In this document: positions 1-9,485 of the stretch, one piece after another
Layout: every line of letters begins with the position of its first letter
Position numbering within the stretch: position 1 is the first letter of the stretch
Assembly (NCBI RefSeq): GCF_006345805.1
Contig: NW_021826697.1
Location: forward strand, 1 to 12,085
Source of the DNA: Octopus sinensis
Taxonomy: Eukaryota
Direction: 5' to 3'
DNA: 12,085 nucleotides
Notes under the pieces: model-generated
Told to the model about the DNA's origin: nothing
The model's database searches: none
Seen by the model: only the letters and a program-made list of their open reading frames with translations
Translations under genes and position numbers: made by a program

Positions 1-283
1 TTTCCTCCTCTTCCTCTCCTTCTTCCTCTTCTTCTTCTTCTTCTTCGTCGTCGGCGCCGTCGCCATCTTGTAGTTTCTGCCGCTGCCGCTGCTGCTGCTG
101 CTGCTGCCTCTGCTGCCGCGGCCGCTGCTGCTGCTGCTGCTGTTTCTGTTGTTGTTCTTCTTCTTGTTCTTGTTCTCCTCTGTATTCTTCGACTAACGGT
201 TGCTGTTGCTCCTGCTGATTATCAAGATGGCGGTGTCGGCGATGCCGGCGGCCATGATGTTGATGATGATGATGTTGATGATG

Positions 284-314
<31 letters not shown>

Positions 315-2258
315 CTCCGCTTATTATTATTATTATTGCTCTTATTATCATTATTATTATTAGTTTTATTATTGTTATTATTTCCATGATGTTGTGGACT
401 GCGATTACGATGATGATGATGATGGTGATGATGATGTTTATGAGAACAGCATCGTTGTTCTTGCAGTTGCTGTCTTTCGTCGTCATCGTCGTCGTCTTCG
501 TCGTCGTCGTCGAAGTCTTCACCGCCGCCGCCCCCGCCGCCGCCTTCACCAAAGCGTTCCCGTACGTGGTGGTGGTCGCGGCGTCGTTGCTTGTCATAAT
601 CCTTAGACTGTTGCTGCTGCCCGTGGCCATTGCGACGGCAGCGCCACCACCGCCACTTGGAATGGTCAGAGCCACAACAACACGGCGACGACGACGATGG
701 TGATGTCGATAATGATGATGACGATGATGATGATGATGGTGATGATAATGATAATGATGGTGGTGGTGGTAGTGGCGGCGGCGAAATGCGAGGAGGATTT
801 GAAGTGGAAGAGGGGGGAGACGAGGGGGAAGAGGGTGTACCATAACAACAATACAAACAACCACCACCACAACGTCCTCGACGATGCACCTGCGGCTCGT
901 GCGGCCCCTGATGCTGCTCTTGATCTTGATGATGATGATGATCGTGATGATCATGATGTTGGTCTTCTTGTAGCCGTCCCGGTTTCAACCGCGCTCTGCA
1001 GTCACCAATTACTGCCTCACCGCCGCCACCACCACCACACCCCACCACCACCACCACCACCACCACCGCCGCCCCCTCCACAACCGCCCCCGCCGCCGCC
1101 GTCACCACCGATTCTATCTTCACGTCTTTCTTGAGTCTCGCCGACGCCGGCGACGTTGGCTCCAGCGGCGATGTTCGGCGCCGTCGTCGACGTCGACATC
1201 GACGACGACGTCGGCGACAACAGCGACGTCGACGTCGACGCTGACGCCGACGCTGACGTGGTGAGGTCGCGCATACAAATGCTTACCACAGCACCGCCGC
1301 TTTTGATTCTTCTCCCACTACAACCACCGCCATCACCTCTGTTTTTCCTTTTTCTTCCCCACCGTTCACGCTTTCCTTTAACACTAAGACCACCGTCACC
1401 ACCACCACCACCGTCACCACCACCACCACCACCGCCACCACCACCACCACCACCACCATCGTCGCCAGCACTGGCAGTTGCAGAATCACCACCACCACCA
1501 CCACTACCACCAGTAATACTAACTACAGCTCCACCGCTACCACCAAAACCAGTGCCAACACTACAACATACACCACCACCGCCGCCGCCACCACCACCGC
1601 CACCACCACTAACAACTTCACCGCCGTTACCACCACCACTATAGACAAAGCCACCGCCTACACCAACGCTACTACTACTAATATCACTATTAGGAAAACG
1701 GCCGCCACCATCACCACCACCGACGGCGCCACCGTCGCCACCACCACCACCACTACCACCGCCGCCGCCAGCGTCAGTACCATTCCATCTCGTTTGCAGG
1801 CGGTCACGTGCCGCTAAGTTCCAACTGCTGTTGTTACTACTACTACTATTGCCGATTCTGCTACCGCTCCTGATATTGCTGCTGTTGGTGTTGGTGTTAT
1901 GCTCATGATGTTGATGCTGATGCTGCTGTTGATGATGATGATGATGATGATTGGGGGGAGGCAGGGATGGAAGGAGATGCGAAGGATGCTGCAGATTCCG
2001 TTGTTGTTGCGTTTGTTGTTGCTGCTGCTGTTCTTGTTCTTGTTGCTGTTGCAGATGATGAGTGAAGGTTCTGTTCTTACTGCTGCTGCCACGGCTGCTG
2101 CTGCTGCTGCTGGAGGCGGCGGCGGCGACGGGGAGGTTTTCTTCGTGCTCTGGTAGGTTCTCGTCGTCGTCGTCGTCGTTTCGGCTTCGACTTCCACTTC
2201 GGTAAAGATCGGCAGAACTCGGTTGGTGTGTCTGTGGAACACCAGAACTGTCTGCCAT
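1..2258 (-). CDS. Large low-complexity coding exon (~750 codons, runs off window start), interrupted by an apparent frameshift at ~1037-1043; product unidentified, probably an intrinsically disordered N-terminal region
   Basis: ATG at 2258 in context cagaATGG (A at -3, G at +4) opens MADSSGVPQTHQP... to the TGA at 1017. The frame with codon starts at 1036, 1033... has no stop down to base 1 and reads GGGEAVIGDCRARLKPGRLQEDQHH...KWRWWRCRRNGHGQQQQSKDYDKQ...LVEEYRGEQEQEEE...KLQDGDGADDEEEE. All repeats here are trinucleotide with synonymous codon mixing, unlike the dinucleotide repeats beyond 2339. No recognisable folded domain. Confidence 0.7.
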
Positions 2259-2295
2259 TCTGTGCCGATTGTTGTTCTTGAACCACAAATGTACC

Positions 2296-2316
2296 CTGCA
2301 AGTAGAGCGAAACAAC
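2296..2316 (-). other. Putative 3' splice acceptor of the large exon
   Basis: Minus strand reads tgttgtttcgctctacttgcAG|GGTACATTTG: pyrimidine-rich tract plus CAG, at the compositional switch from GC-rich triplet repeats to (TA)n. The exon would start at 2295. Confidence 0.65.
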
Positions 2317-2338
2317 ATTATAGGAAGAGTTCTAATGG

Positions 2339-2362
2339 ATATATATATATATTATATAATAT

Positions 2363-2394
<32 letters not shown>

Positions 2395-2414
2395 ATGTAT
2401 GTTATCTATATATA
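2339..2414. repeat. Imperfect (TA)n microsatellite
   Basis: Directly visible. Confidence 0.9.
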
Positions 2415-2488
2415 GTAAATACAAGGGTAAAATTAATTAATTAACTAGTAATCGATAATTTCACCAAGTAGAATTCGGCATGAATTCC

Positions 2489-2662
2489 GGGAGTTTCTTT
2501 TTACAGTAGAGGAAATAGCTAAGGTTATATATATAAAATTAATATATAATATATATACTTTATAATTAGGGTTCAGCAAAGATTTGCTTTACCACATACC
2601 GAAGTTTAGAAATAGCAGCCAAAAAACGTTAGCTATTTCTTCTACTTCAAAAAGGGACTCCC
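2489..2662. repeat. Inverted repeat, 34-bp arms (2489-2522 and 2629-2662), 106-bp spacer, inside an AT-rich probable interspersed repeat (~2415-2750)
   Basis: gggagtttctttttacagtagaggaaatagctaa versus the reverse complement of the right arm gggagtccctttttgaagtagaagaaatagctaa: 29/34 identical, ungapped. Confidence 0.8.
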
Positions 2663-2779
2663 AGAAAAACCAAAATACTTGAAAACAATCCACACAGGCA
2701 GAGAGGAAAAGCAACGAAAATCAATCAATATCTGGTCACCTATGGACGCGCATATATATATTTATATATTTTTTTTAAA

Positions 2780-3100
2780 GTTTCAGCTGAGAGCTGCGGC
2801 TATGCTGATGCACCGCCGTTTTGTGCTACACTGTTATTACTAAGAACCTCCTCTAATATGTGGAACTTGGTGAAGAATGGAGTTTGATATAGCTACCCTC
2901 ATTTGCACCTCTTACCGTGAGGTAGGTTCATCTGGGACTCTCGACAGGAAGAAGTCCAGCTTTGATTTAAAAACCGCTACATCTACTTTGTGCAAGTTCC
3001 TCAGACTCTTTGGGAGAATATTAAAAAGCTGTGGGCCCTTGAAACCCGGGCTGTTGCAGTAGCTGGTCTTGAAGCGTGATGGCATTGCTGGGGTGTTTGG
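2780..3100 (-). mobile_element. 5'-truncated CR1/L2-group LINE: ORF2 C-terminus plus 3' UTR
   Basis: Minus translation PAMPSRFKTSYCNSPGFKGPQLFNILPKSLRNLHKVDVAVFKSKLDFFLSRVPDEPTSR*EVQMRVAISNSILHQVPHIRGGS* matches the 'GPxLFNxLP...FKxxLDxFL..VPDEP...SNS' tail of CR1/L2-like ORF2. Premature stop at 2912-2914, terminal stop at 2840-2842, short 3' UTR ending in an A-rich run. Confidence 0.8.
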
Positions 3101-3208
3101 CAGAAACCGACAGTTTGATTATCCAGAATCCAGGTTGAGTGCTTCTCTGGAAATACCCACCTTTATATACTACCCGGACCGAAGATTATATATATATATG
3201 TGTATATA

Positions 3209-3398
3209 GGGAGAGTCTACGACAAAAACAAAAGACGAAGACAGGTGGTGTACAAAACAAACAGATGTATTAGTATAACGCTCAGGAATAGAAAAAGTCT
3301 CTTATGTTTCGAGCCTACGCTCTTCTACAGAAAGGGACACAGAAAAAAAAAACAAGGTGAGAAACAAGGAAAGAAAAAAATGTGTGTAGTGGCTAACA
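3209..3398 (-). mobile_element. Short Penelope-type non-autonomous repeat (family P2) with hammerhead-like motif at 3299-3334
   Basis: Minus strand cttt-CTGTAGA-A-GAGC-gtag-GCTC-GAAA-ca-TA-agag followed by ttcctgagcgttatactaatacatctgtttgttttgtacacc; homologous to 11898-11945 and 11996-12085; abuts (TA)n. Confidence 0.6.
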
Positions 3399-4257
3399 CA
3401 GGGTGCGGTGAATAAACTGTCTTCTAAATTATGCAAAAATGAAAATAATATTGACATCTTATTTTAACAGATATATTTACCTAAATTATATAAAAATATC
3501 TTGAAATACTTAAGAGAAAATTTATTCAAGAAAATCGCCATTGGCTTCAATCACGGCCTCCAGACAACTTCGGAATCTGGAAAGCCCCCTTGTTTAAGTT
3601 GGTGAATGCTGCCATACTCCTTGGTGTTACAAGGAGTTTTGTTGGTCTCTCACACAAGTGAACTATGCGGTTGGTAAGCAAGCTACTAACCACACAGCCA
3701 CGCCTGGGGGTTGCGGTATGGGAAGTTAGGTGGCCAGATGTTAGGGATGGTGTGGTCGCAGAAACTGTGTGACAGTAATGACTAGGTTTCCCTGCTTTTG
3801 TGGCATGGTGCAGAGTGCTGTTGCCAGACATAGGGTCTTCCAGCAGCCACCTCCTTGACCCAGGGTAGCACTAACTCCTCCAGGCACTTGATGTAGGCCT
3901 CTGTGTTGAGTCTGAGGCAGTGTGAGAAGATGAATGGAGGCAGTACGTTGCCATCACTCGAAACACCACGATGTTTGATTTTCATCACTCTCTCACCCTC
4001 ACTACATATTTTGAGGACTCAGATTGACACCCAAACACTCTGAAATGTTCGTATTGGAGCTTCCGGCGTGAATGCCAAGCAGTACAGTATATCGTTTCCA
4101 AATTTCTGGCAGAGTGAATCGCGTCATGGTGCTTTTTTTCTCACAGATGGTGCCCAACTGACCCTACTATACTGTGTAGTCGACAAATCAAAAACAAACA
4201 ATGCGCATGTGCAAAATTAAAAGTATGATATGGCAACAATTTACCCATCGCACTCTC
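3399..4257 (-). mobile_element. Internally deleted Tc1/mariner DNA transposon, DD37D (maT)-like, transposase pseudogene
   Basis: Imperfect TIRs CAGGGTGCGGTGAATAAACTGT (3399-3420) and reverse complement GAGAGTGCGATGGGTAAATTGT (4236-4257), 16/22 match. Fragments: MTRFTLPEIWKRYTVLLGIHAGSSNTNISECLGVNL from ATG 4127; GVSSDGNVLPPFIF..LNTEAYIKCLEELVLPW..GRPYVWQQHSAPCH..*..IWPPNFPYRNP; C-terminus RFRSCLEAVIEANGDFLE* (stop 3522-3524). Spacing from the Q(D>H)SAPCH position to NP fits a 37-residue D-D interval. Confidence 0.88.
3660..3706 (-). mobile_element. SINE family A 5' head fragment inside the mariner relic
   Basis: Minus strand caggcgtggctgtgtggttagtagcttgcttaccaaccgcatagttc matches the heads of the SINEs at 5062(-) and 5246(+). 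Confidence 0.75.
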
Positions 4258-4293
4258 TCTTTCTCTCTCTCTACACACACATATATATATATA

Positions 4294-4462
4294 TCACCTT
4301 GACCGACCAGTCTGTCGGGCGTCCATTTGACACCGCTGGTCACAGCACGCTGCCCACTCCTCTCTGGATCGCGCCTTTCTCATCCACGTGATCACGACCA
4401 CCCGGAAGGCCTCCACGACGGGAGAGTTACAATTTCAGGAGAACGATTGGGATCACGTGGAT
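4294..4462 (-). mobile_element. RTE-clade LINE 3' end with 5' inversion
   Basis: 4393-4294 (-) encodes ITWMRKARSREEWAACCDQRCQMDARQTGRSR*; 4395-4462 (+) encodes RPPGRPPRRESYNFRRTIGITW. Joined, they give the RTE ORF terminal pattern RPxGRPxxR(W)...WxxxAxxRxxW. Confidence 0.7.
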
Positions 4463-4466
4463 ATAC

Positions 4467-4691
4467 TCTCTCTTTTACTCTTTTACTTGTTTCAGTCATT
4501 TGACTGCGGCTATGCTGGAGCACCGCCTTTAATCGAGTAACTCGACACCGGGACTTATCCATTTGTAAGCCCAGTACTTATTCTATCGGTCTCTTTTGCC
4601 GAACCGCTAAGTAACGGAGACATAAACACACCAGCATCGGTTGTCAAGCAATGCTTGGGGGACAAACACAGACACACAAACACACACCGCA

Positions 4692-4741
<50 letters not shown>

Positions 4742-4759
4742 TGTATAATATTAATATAT

Positions 4760-4806
<47 letters not shown>

Positions 4807-5062
4807 GATGTATAATATTATTCTATAATATATATATATATATATATTATATATATAATATATATAGATATTATATTATTACATATATATATACTATATA
4901 CGAACGGCTTCTTTTCAGTTTTCCGTCTCCAAAACCACTCACAAGGTTTAAGTCGGGCCCGGCTATAGTAGAAGACACTTACCCAAGGTGCCACGCAGTT
5001 GGACTGAACCCGGAACCATTTGGTTGGTAACAAGTACTTACCTCACAGCCCTCCTGGGCGCC
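4467..5062 (-). mobile_element. tRNA-derived SINE family A, full-length copy 1, with expanded internal (TA)n (~4695-4900)
   Basis: Head with A/B-box-like sequence (ggctgtgagg...gggttcagtcc), body ccttgggtaagtgtcttctactatagcc, internal microsatellite, 3' part ending ggcggtgctccagcatagccgcagtcaaatgactgaaac plus (AAGAGTAA)-like tail; colinear with 5246-5718. Confidence 0.88.
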
Positions 5063-5104
5063 TATATATATAACATATATATTTTTTGTTATGCTCTTTC
5101 TGCT

Positions 5105-5781
5105 AAAAGCACAGGCTTAAACTTCTGAAGGTTCAAATTGGTGGAGTCCATCATATCCTTCTCAGGTGGCCCACTTATTGACCTCGAAAGAACCGAAAGC
5201 GGCTTTACCCCCTAATAGCTTGTAAATTCAAAATGTAAGATCATAGGCTTAGGAGTGGCGCTGTGTGTAAATAGCTTGCTTACCAACCCATATTCCGGTT
5301 CAACCCACTGGTGGCGCCTTGGGCAAATGTCTTCTACTGTAGCCTCGGGCCGACCAAAGCCTTGTGAGTGGATTTAGTAGACGGAATTGAAGAGCCCTCG
5401 TCGGATATATATAGAGAATATAGATATATAATATAAATATAATAATATATACATATGTGTGTGTGCGTGGTGGGGGGGTGTATATATATTTGTGTGTCTG
5501 TGTTTGCCCCCCTTCACACACACAACATCGCTTGACAACCGATGCTGGTGTGTTTACGTCCCCTTAACTTACCGGTTCGGCAAAAGAGACCGATAGAATA
5601 AGTACTAGGCTTACAAAGAATAAGTCTTGGGGTCGATTTGCTCGACTAAAGGCGGTGCTCCAGCAAGGCCACAGTCAAATGACTGAAAAAGTAAGAAGAG
5701 TAATAAAAATAAAAGAGTATCCGAATGAAATGATACTAAGCACTTTAACCGGCGTGCTAATGATTCTGCCACTTGGCCGCC
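5105..5781 (-). mobile_element. Older tRNA-derived SINE family B, split in two (5105-5240 and 5719-5781) by the family A insertion
   Basis: 5719-5781 (-) reads ggcggccaagtggcagaatcattagcacgccggttaaagtgcttag, a tRNA-like head homologous to 7198-7239. 5240-5105 (-) continues with tcttacattttgaatttac...ctttcggttctttcgaggtcaataag, a degenerate B-box/body. The join relies on my recollection of this family's consensus. Confidence 0.6.
5246..5718 (+). mobile_element. tRNA-derived SINE family A, full-length copy 2
   Basis: ggcttaggagtggcgctgtgtgtaaatagcttgcttaccaacc...ccttgggcaaatgtcttctac...internal TA/TG tract...ggcggtgctccagcaaggccacagtcaaatgactgaaa plus A-rich tail; reverse-complement homolog of 4467-5062. 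Confidence 0.9.
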
Positions 5782-6653
5782 TAGAAAAGACAATATTATT
5801 GTCCGGCAAATGAAGTCACAATTTTAATTAGTTAAGATGTTAAACAGGTTATTCCAAAGGACGACTCTTAGTTCCAGCGGAAATGATTGCCTACCAGAAT
5901 CAAGTTATTTACTTTCATTTTGTCCCTTAGATTTTCTATGACAGCCGTGGTAACGTGGAAAATCGTTAGTTGGTTTCCTGCTCGACGTTACCCTAATAGT
6001 TTTGGTTACTTACGTATGCTATTATGTCTTGTAAAACGCTTAGGAGATGTAGGCTATGTAGAAATTCCACAATAAGTTGAGGGTTATGTCTAGTTGAAAA
6101 AAATCCAAATGATTTACAACTTCAATAAATCTGCAAACTATCTAAATGTCAGATAAGAGGTTTTCTCCAAGTGTTAACACTTTGACAAGCATCTACGGAG
6201 ACACTGATATCTACTGAGACACGTTGGTATTTTTATCAACTGAAAATTATCTAACTGGGTTGGATATGAACCTTTGGGCGTCGATAAATATCATTAGGTT
6301 CTTTAGGGCTACATATAGTCCTTTGACTGTATATAGTCTTTTGGGAGATGATGGGGAGCAGAGCAAAACTTCGCAGTCACTACTATTCTTTTCTGTGTAA
6401 AATTTGATAAACATGAACTTAATGTTAAATGATTTTTTATAACTAACTTAGCATAAAAACAAACATAAAAACAGATATATATGCGTACAAACACAGACAT
6501 ATGCATTAGCAGACACTCCAACTATTATGTATGTATTTATGTATGTATCTATGTGAGTGCGTGTGTGTGTGGTATGCGTGTGCATATACATACATACATA
6601 CATATATATATATTTGTGTGTGTGTGTGTGTGTGTGTTTGTGTGGGTGTGTGT

Positions 6654-7023
6654 GGAGGTGCAATGACCTAGTGGTTAGGGCAGCGGATCCGCGGTCATAG
6701 CATCGCAGTTTCGATTCTCAGACCGGGCGTTGTGAGTGTTTATTGAGCGAAAACACCCAAAGCTCCACGAGGCTCAGGCTGTAGGGTGGTGGTGGTGAAC
6801 CCTGCTGTACTCTTTCGCCACAACTTTTCTCTCACCCTGTATTTCAAAGGGGCCCAGCCTTGTCACACTCTGTGTGTCACATTGAGTCTCCTCGAGAACT
6901 ACATTAAGGGTACACGTGTGACTGTGGAGTGCTCAGCCACTTGCAGGTTAACTTCACGAGCAAGCTGTTCCGTTGATCGGATTAACTGGTACAACCCTCG
7001 TCGTCGAAACCGACGGAGTGCCA
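6654..7023 (+). mobile_element. tRNA(Arg)-like-headed SINE family C (resembles octopus OR-type SINEs)
   Basis: A box TGACCTAGTGG (6664-6674) and B box GTTTCGATTCT (6708-6718) at tRNA spacing, followed by a ~300-bp body; flanked on both sides by (TG)n/(TA)n. Family name is from memory. Confidence 0.8.
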
Positions 7024-7197
7024 CGGGTATATGTGTGTGTGTGTGTGTGTATTTGTGCGTGCACAAACACACACACACACACACATACACACATATATAT
7101 ATATATAAAGATGCATATATTTATATATACATAAATATATGTTGATATTGGAATACATATGTATACAAAAGTACACACATATTCCCACAGATATCCT

Positions 7198-7239
7198 CAT
7201 TTCGCCCGGCGTGCTAACGATTCTGCCAGCTCGCTCGCC
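7198..7239 (-). mobile_element. SINE family B head fragment
   Basis: Minus strand ggcgagcgagctggcagaatcgttagcacgccgggcgaaatg, homologous to 5740-5781. Confidence 0.7.
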
Positions 7240-7244
7240 TAATA

Positions 7245-7692
7245 CCATCATCATTCCACCACCATCATCACCATCATTACCCTCATCATCATTATCATCA
7301 TCATCATCACCCCCACCCCACCTTCCTCCTGCTCTTCATCATTATATTACCACCGCCATTAAGAATACCACTTATACCATCATCACAGCCACCATCATTC
7401 CAACACTACCACCACTATCATCATCATCGTCATCATCATCATCATCATCACCACCACCACTATCATCATAATCATCATCGTCAATCATCATCATCATGAT
7501 CATTATCATCACCCTCCCCCATCATCACCATCACTGCCCGCCCCCCATCATCGACATTCCCACCACCACCACCACCACTATCATCATAATCATCATCATC
7601 ATCATCATCATCATTATCATCACCCCTGCACCATCACCATCATTATCATCATTACCCCCCACCCACTCATCATCATCATTATACCATCATCG
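7245..7692. repeat. Imperfect (CAT/CAC)n trinucleotide tract
   Basis: Directly visible; frequent phase shifts. Confidence 0.85.
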
Positions 7693-8039
7693 AATTCTTT
7701 CTCAATCCACACACCTGTTCATTAACAGCAGCATTGGGTTGGGTGCACGTCAGATGCCTGCAGTTCTAAAAATAGAACGCTTCCATTGTGAAACCGTTGC
7801 ACTCGCTATATGCACTTTTATTCACATTATAAATACACAAACCTGCAATACTTACATCATTGCTAGTAGCAGAAGTGTTAATTCAAATGTGCACGTCCTT
7901 TTATCAATTTATATACATGCGCACAACCAGATGCATACGGCGCATGCGCGTGTTAGATAAATACACATGTGTATACGCACACAGGTGTATGTATATATAT
8001 ATACCGTTTATACATAATGCGTTATGTTCTACGTTAATA

Positions 8040-8498
8040 ATATGTATGTGTAAACGTATATACGTATGTATGTATGTGTATATATGTATGCATGTATCTA
8101 TGTATGTATGTATGTGTATATATGTATACCTGTATGTATGTATGTGTATATATGTATGTATGTATGTATGTCATGTTCGTGTATAATATATATGCATGTC
8201 TGCATAATTATATATATATGTATATATATCTATATATATATATATATATATATTAATATATATATTGTATATAATATATATATACATATATACATGTACA
8301 TATATACATGTACATATATACATGTGCATACATACATGTACATATATATATATATGTATATGTATGTATATGTATATATATGTATATGTATGTATATATG
8401 CATATACATACATATACATATATATACATATATATACATATACTTATATATAGATATGTTTTTGTATATATATATACATACTTATATACACACACACA

Positions 8499-8530
<32 letters not shown>

Positions 8531-8625
8531 CACGTACACACACACACACATACATATATGTACATATATGCGTACATACATACACGTACACACACACATA
8601 TATATATGCACATACGTATACACAC
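8040..8625. repeat. Compound (TATG/TA/CA)n microsatellite
   Basis: Directly visible; source of the many YI/YV/HT ORFs. Confidence 0.92.
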
Positions 8626-9015
8626 ACGGCGTATGCCCTTATAGAATTGCACAATATAAACACAGAAATTAATGCATAAATGAAGACCAACTTCTCCAAA
8701 CACACAAAACAACATTCGCACTCCCCCACCCCCCCAGCACCGCCAGCTCGCGCAGCACACGGCCATACACACCTTGGCATATAACTGTTTAATGTCACGT
8801 TATGCATAATGTAGTAACAGCAATGTCTAACACCCACACACGTGATTCCCACGCACATTACACCCACGTCAACCGCCGCACACCCACACATGTTACAGAC
8901 ACGTTGCGCATGCGTGCCAACGAGGAGGTATCTGCGCGGTGGCACGGACTGCTGGAAATTACAGCCAAATCTCCCTCAGATCAGGCTCTACTATCTTATG
9001 TATGAACACGTGCGC

Positions 9016-9032
9016 GTTTGTGTGTGTGTGTG

Positions 9033-9081
<49 letters not shown>

Positions 9082-9397
9082 TGTATATATACATACACAC
9101 ACACACATATAAACATACACACACATATATACATACACACACACACACATATATACATACACACATACACACACATATAAATATATACATATATATATGT
9201 GAATATATATGTGTATATATATGTGTGTGTATATATGAGTATATATATTGTGTATATATATGTGTGTGTGTGTGTGTGTGCGTGTGTGTATATATATATG
9301 TGTGAATATATGTGTGTATATAAATATATGTGTGTGTCTATGTACATGTATATATATATAGATGTATATACATATAAGTGTGTGTGTATATATATAT

Positions 9398-9434
<37 letters not shown>

Positions 9435-9485
9435 GTATATATATATATACATATGAATGCGTTTGTATGTATGTGTGTGTGTGTG
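9016..9485. repeat. Compound (TG/TA/CA)n microsatellite, CA-rich half followed by TG-rich half
   Basis: Directly visible. Confidence 0.92.

Noticed and set aside
1180-1262. Protamine-like RRRRRCCRRRRRC peptide in the alternative minus frame
   Set aside because: Explained as the shifted reading of the (TCG ACG)n Ser/Thr tract; no Met start or independent support.
1281-1289. Donor-like GTG|GTAAGC on the minus strand that might splice out the frameshift
   Set aside because: The nearest CAG acceptor (996-998) has no real pyrimidine tract and does not restore the open downstream frame.
200-2156. Plus-strand ORFs rich in M/L/V/P and minus-strand ORFs rich in I/V
   Set aside because: Antisense or off-frame shadows of the trinucleotide runs in the minus-strand exon; the apparent hydrophobic 'transmembrane' segments are artefacts.
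6654-6727. tRNA gene
   Set aside because: A/B boxes are present but there is no clean acceptor stem and it continues into a SINE body.
7940-7949. NRF1-like palindrome GCGCATGCGC (similar near 8906)
   Set aside because: Arises readily in alternating purine-pyrimidine tracts; no promoter context visible.
7139-7960. Second low-complexity exon in the CAT/CAC tract
   Set aside because: Phase shifts, stops, no complex islands or convincing splice sites; the ORF starts within microsatellite and SINE sequence.
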